In this document: positions 29,415 to 32,000 of the stretch, in pieces
Numbering within the stretch: the stretch's first letter is position 1
Layout of the letters: the number at the start of each line of letters is the position of its first letter
Assembly: GCF_000008565.1 (NCBI RefSeq)
Contig: NC_001263.1
Coordinates: 183,659 to 215,658 of the forward strand
From: Deinococcus radiodurans R1 = ATCC 13939 = DSM 20539
GTDB lineage: Bacteria > Deinococcota > Deinococci > Deinococcales > Deinococcaceae
DNA: 32,000 bases
Direction of reading: 5' to 3'
The notes under the pieces: model-generated
What the model saw: the letters and a program-made list of their open reading frames with translations, nothing else
Database searches by the model: none
What the model was told of the DNA's origin: nothing
Made by a program: the position numbers and the translations under genes

Positions 29415-29722
29415 GGGCTTTGGGGCGTTGGCTTGAGCTTTTGGCCCCAACCCCCAGCCCCTCTCCCCAAAGGGGACAGGGGGGCTCACGTTGGCACTGG
29501 GCACATGGCGGTGATGACGCGTACCGGGCGGCTTTTCGCAAGTGCGTGGGCTGGTCTGGACGCTCGTGATTTCTGCGGACGCGAGGCCCGTGCGCTTTCA
29601 GCGCCCGACGGCCCTTCCGTTCTGCGTTTCACGATTTTTTCGGGGGTAGCGCAGAATAAGGCTAAAGCGAAAGCGTTTTGACCCTCTACCAGGGGGAGAG
29701 GGCCTCGCGTAGCGAGGGGTGA
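29415..29722. repeat. ~310-bp composite SNR, copy B (paralog of 17494-17804)
   Basis: See copy A: same orientation and same module order. Its 3' module GACCCTCTACCAGGGGGAGAGGGCCT also matches 7188-7211. Confidence 0.8.
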
Positions 29723-29762
29723 CTCGTAGAGCTGCTTGCAGAGGGGTCTTTCCCTCCACCTA

Positions 29763-29792
29763 CCCCCTCACTCCACATCCCACCCATCCCCC
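29763..29792 (-). other. G-quadruplex motif spanning the stop codon of the 29768 gene (sequence motif only)
   Basis: The minus strand reads GGGGGatGGGtGGGatgtggagtgaGGGGG. The stop TGA (29768-70) lies in the 11-nt loop. Confidence 0.45.
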
Positions 29793-30073
29793 ACTCGGCC
29801 CTTGCGCCGCTCCTTTTTCCGCGCCTCCTTGCCCTTTTTGCGCTGCGGTTTGGGGGGGAGTTGCAGGTCGTAGAGGCGCTCCGGGTTGCAGGGGGCGGGC
29901 ACTTCGCCCAGGCGTTCGCCGGGGTCGGCGGTGCGGAGGTTGCCCGCCGGGTGCAGGTGCCGCTCGCCGCAGTAGGGGCACTCGCCCACCACCCAGAACA
30001 TCACCCGCGTTCCGGGCAGGTCGCGCAGGGTGACGAAAGCGGGTCGCGTGGTCAGGCGGTCTTTTTTGCCCAT
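29768..30073 (-). CDS. hypothetical small basic protein with a CxxC-x3-HxH motif
   Basis: 101 aa with strongly GC3-biased codons. It has VVGECPYCGERHLHPAG and a Lys/Arg-rich tail PKPQRKKGKEARKKERRKGR. I recognise no family. Confidence 0.55.
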   Translation of the reverse strand: MGKKDRLTTRPAFVTLRDLPGTRVMFWVVGECPYCGERHLHPAGNLRTADPGERLGEVPAPCNPERLYDLQLPPKPQRKKGKEARKKERRKGRVGDGWDVE

Positions 30074-30080
30074 GACGCAG

Positions 30081-30086
30081 ATGCTA
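30081..30086 (-). promoter_or_regulatory. -10 TAGCAT, 7 nt before ATG 30073 (leaderless)
   Basis: The minus strand reads gcgcccTAGCATctgcgtcATG. Confidence 0.4.
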
Positions 30087-30139
30087 GGGCGCGGCGGCGC
30101 AGGCGTTTGTGGCGCGTTCCGGCGTGTTCCTCAACTGGC

Positions 30140-31030
30140 TCAGGCTTCCTCGTCCCCCTCACGCAGCGACGTGACCACCGCGCGGCAGTGGGACAGGCCC
30201 GCGCGGGCATAGAGCTGTCGGGCGGCGCTCATGTGGTCGTGGGCCCGCGCCCGCAGCGTGCGGATTTCGGGCGACTGCGCGGCCTCGGCGGCGGCCAGTG
30301 CGAGCAGTGCTCGTCCTAGCCCTTGCCCCCGCTGCGCCGGATGCACGGCGAGGTGCGTCAGCTCGGCGCGGCTGTCCGGAGCGCACAGCTCCAGCTCGGC
30401 AAAGGCCACCGGGCGGCCCTCGCTGTCACGCAGGGCCAGCAAACGCACGTCCTCGCGGGCAAAATGGGCATCGTACTGCTCGGGTGACCAGTCGAGGCGG
30501 GCGGCCCAGGTGTCCTCGGCGGCGCGGTACAGGGCGCGGTACTCGGTCAGCGGCAGCTCGCGGGTCAGGGTATAGCCGGGCGGAAGCTGAGCCTTTTTTC
30601 CCGAACTTTTCTCTGACCCGGTGCGCCAGCGTTCCAGCGGGGCCGCGTAGAAGTCGGTGGTGTGCATCGGCGCGAACCCGGCGGCTTCGAGCGCCGAGCG
30701 CACCGGCAGGTTGTCGCGGGCGCAAAAGGCGTAGACCGGAGCGCCCTCGGCCTGCTGCGCGGCGCGGGACAGCAGGCCGCGCAGGTCGGTGCCGTGCTCG
30801 GCCAGCGGGCCTTCAAGCGCCAGCCCATCGCGGAAGGGGCTGAGGGCGCAGTAGGCCCGCACGCCCTCCTCGCCCTCGTCGACCAGCGCGGCGGGGTCTT
30901 CGCATTCCAGGCGCAGCTCGTTCAGGGTGCGGGCGTCGGGAGCCAGCACTTCGCGTTCGGGGGCCGCGTCCATCCAGTGCAGCAGCGCAAGCAGGTCGGG
31001 CAGGTCGGTGGCGTGCAGCGGACGAATCAT
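30140..31030 (-). CDS. tandem-GNAT acetyltransferase (MshD-like two-domain architecture)
   Basis: GGAGG lies 7 nt before ATG 31030 (MIRPLHATDLPDLL). The C-terminal domain has motif A LAVHPAQRGQGLGRALLALA. The N-terminal GNAT-like half lacks a clear motif A. Confidence 0.8.
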   Translation of the reverse strand: MIRPLHATDLPDLLALLHWMDAAPEREVLAPDARTLNELRLECEDPAALVDEGEEGVRAYCALSPFRDGLALEGPLAEHGTDLRGLLSRAAQQAEGAPVYAFCARDNLPVRSALEAAGFAPMHTTDFYAAPLERWRTGSEKSSGKKAQLPPGYTLTRELPLTEYRALYRAAEDTWAARLDWSPEQYDAHFAREDVRLLALRDSEGRPVAFAELELCAPDSRAELTHLAVHPAQRGQGLGRALLALAAAEAAQSPEIRTLRARAHDHMSAARQLYARAGLSHCRAVVTSLREGDEEA

Positions 31031-31183
31031 GGCAGGAACCTCCAGCGAAACCCTCAACCCAGGTCATCCACCCAGGCGGGCGAGTGAGAACAGAATTTGA
31101 TGTGTTGGACGCTCCCAGGCTAGCCCCCCGCCCCCCCGCCGCGTCTGTTCTGCGGCTCACTCTGCGCGCCCCGGCAAGCGTGC

Positions 31184-31189
31184 TAGCAT
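31184..31189 (+). promoter_or_regulatory. extended -10 TGcTAGCAT, 6 nt before a 2-codon ORF (ATG CCC TGA) in the leader of the DUF4258 gene
   Basis: Hexamer and spacing are identical to three validated leaderless starts in this window. The next plausible long-ORF starts are 88-151 nt downstream. Confidence 0.4.
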
Positions 31190-31283
31190 CGCCCCATGCC
31201 CTGAACAGGGTACGTTGCCTGCCTTCCCACAAATGCGCCTGAGCTGCGCGTTTGAGGGAGTTTTTCGTTTAGGGAGGCCCAAC

Positions 31284-31994
31284 GTGCGGCTGACCGGGGC
31301 GAAAAGCGAAAGATGCGGGCGGGCAACCTCCGGGAGGTGTTTTGCCGTGACCACGAAGTCCAGCAACTCTACGCGCACGCAGGCTCTGGAGCGCCGCCAG
31401 GCCGCCGAGCTCCGTGCCGGAACTGACCTGCTTACGCTGCGGGCGCAGCTGCACCGCGCCGAAAAGGAAGCCCGCCGCGCCCCTGCGCCCCCCCCGGCCC
31501 GGCCCAAATCCCAGACCCCCAAAGCCCAGCAGGCCGTCAAGCCCCAGCGCGCACAGGAACTCGCGGGCGTGGACACCGACGACTTCTTGCTGTCGCGCGC
31601 CCTGCGTCAGCTCCGCGACGCCGTGTACGACAGCCGCTATCACGTCTGTCCCCACGCCGTGCAGCACGCCCGCGCCGAGGGCTTTATGGAAAGCGACATC
31701 ATGGACGTGCTGCTCACGGGCCGCGTCAGGGCGGTCTACCCCGAAGACCACCGCTGGCTGGTGTGCGGTTACTTCGAGGCGCACGGCATCCGGCTGCCGC
31801 TGCATGTCGCCGTGCAGCACTACCGTGACGGCCACATCGACATCGTGACCGCCTTCGTGCCCAAAAACCCCCACCACATCATCAGCCGCGCCCGCCTCGC
31901 CCTGCTCGTGCGCTACGACGACGAACAGGTGCGCTCCAAGGAGGCCGTCAAGGGCAACAAGGTGGGGTACAAGGGCAAGGGGGGATGGAAGTAA
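31284..31994 (+). CDS. long-form DUF4258 (RelE/ParE-superfamily toxin-like) domain protein with coiled-coil/Pro-rich N-terminal and Lys/Gly-rich C-terminal extensions
   Basis: The core YHVCPHAVQHARAEGFMESDIMDVLLTGRVRAVYPEDHRWLVCGYFEAHGIRLPLHVAVQHYRDGHIDIVTAFVP fits the DUF4258 pattern as I remember it. The start is ambiguous: GTG 31284 (GGGAGG 6 nt upstream) or GTG 31347 (GGGAGG 9 nt upstream, where GC3 bias begins). TTG 31215 from the track is unlikely. Confidence 0.7.
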   Translation: MRLTGAKSERCGRATSGRCFAVTTKSSNSTRTQALERRQAAELRAGTDLLTLRAQLHRAEKEARRAPAPPPARPKSQTPKAQQAVKPQRAQELAGVDTDDFLLSRALRQLRDAVYDSRYHVCPHAVQHARAEGFMESDIMDVLLTGRVRAVYPEDHRWLVCGYFEAHGIRLPLHVAVQHYRDGHIDIVTAFVPKNPHHIISRARLALLVRYDDEQVRSKEAVKGNKVGYKGKGGWK

Positions 31995-32000
31995 GAGAAG

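Noticed and set aside
31121-31140. C6-G-C7 tract as a G-quadruplex motif
   Set aside because: It provides only two long G-runs on the minus strand and no four separable G3 tracts with loops, so it is not a canonical motif.

Overview
High-GC (~67%) bacterial chromosomal window. RecR, YbaB, a ComEA-like protein and the characteristic small noncoding repeats point to Deinococcus, radiodurans-like; that identification is from memory of those proteins, not a search. I call about 31 CDS, mostly housekeeping. They are gltB (partial, missing from the ORF track because it has no in-window stop), a crotonase, crcB, xseA, and a minus-strand envelope cluster (M48 peptidase, TlpA-like thioredoxin, GNAT, SanA). 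Next come a GDE-type glycogen debranching enzyme, an NrtR-like Nudix/wHTH regulator, a FUN14 protein, a YugP-like Zn peptidase, and a fused pabB-pabA overlapping pabC. These are followed by GNAT-recR-ybaB, an Lrp/AsnC regulator, a Gly/Gln-rich DUF937 protein and a P-loop kinase. Then an ABC-2 operon (two permeases, ATPase, small membrane protein), comEA flanked by paralogous 4-TM proteins with a decayed third copy, and trmFO. The last block is mscS translationally coupled to a DUF218/YdcF gene, a small CxxC/HxH basic protein, a tandem GNAT and a long-form DUF4258 (toxin-like) protein. I found no rRNA, tRNA, CRISPR, transposase or integrase. Most long ORF-track entries rich in Arg/Ala/Gly/Pro/His are shadow ORFs antisense or out of frame to real genes. 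Four things are not explained by the genes. (1) Three families of structured intergenic repeats, including two ~310-bp copies in identical genomic contexts and a 108-bp MITE-like palindrome. (2) Canonical G-quadruplex motifs sitting on promoters and on stop codons next to those repeats. (3) A recurrent -10 hexamer (often exactly TAGCAT) 6-7 nt upstream of start codons, indicating leaderless transcription, including one orphan copy that drives only a 2-codon ORF. (4) The right-end neighbourhood at 29.7-32 kb (small Zn-knuckle-like protein, tandem GNAT, structured divergent leader, extended DUF4258 protein with no visible antitoxin). This is my best candidate for something undescribed, but the evidence is modest and the window ends right after it.
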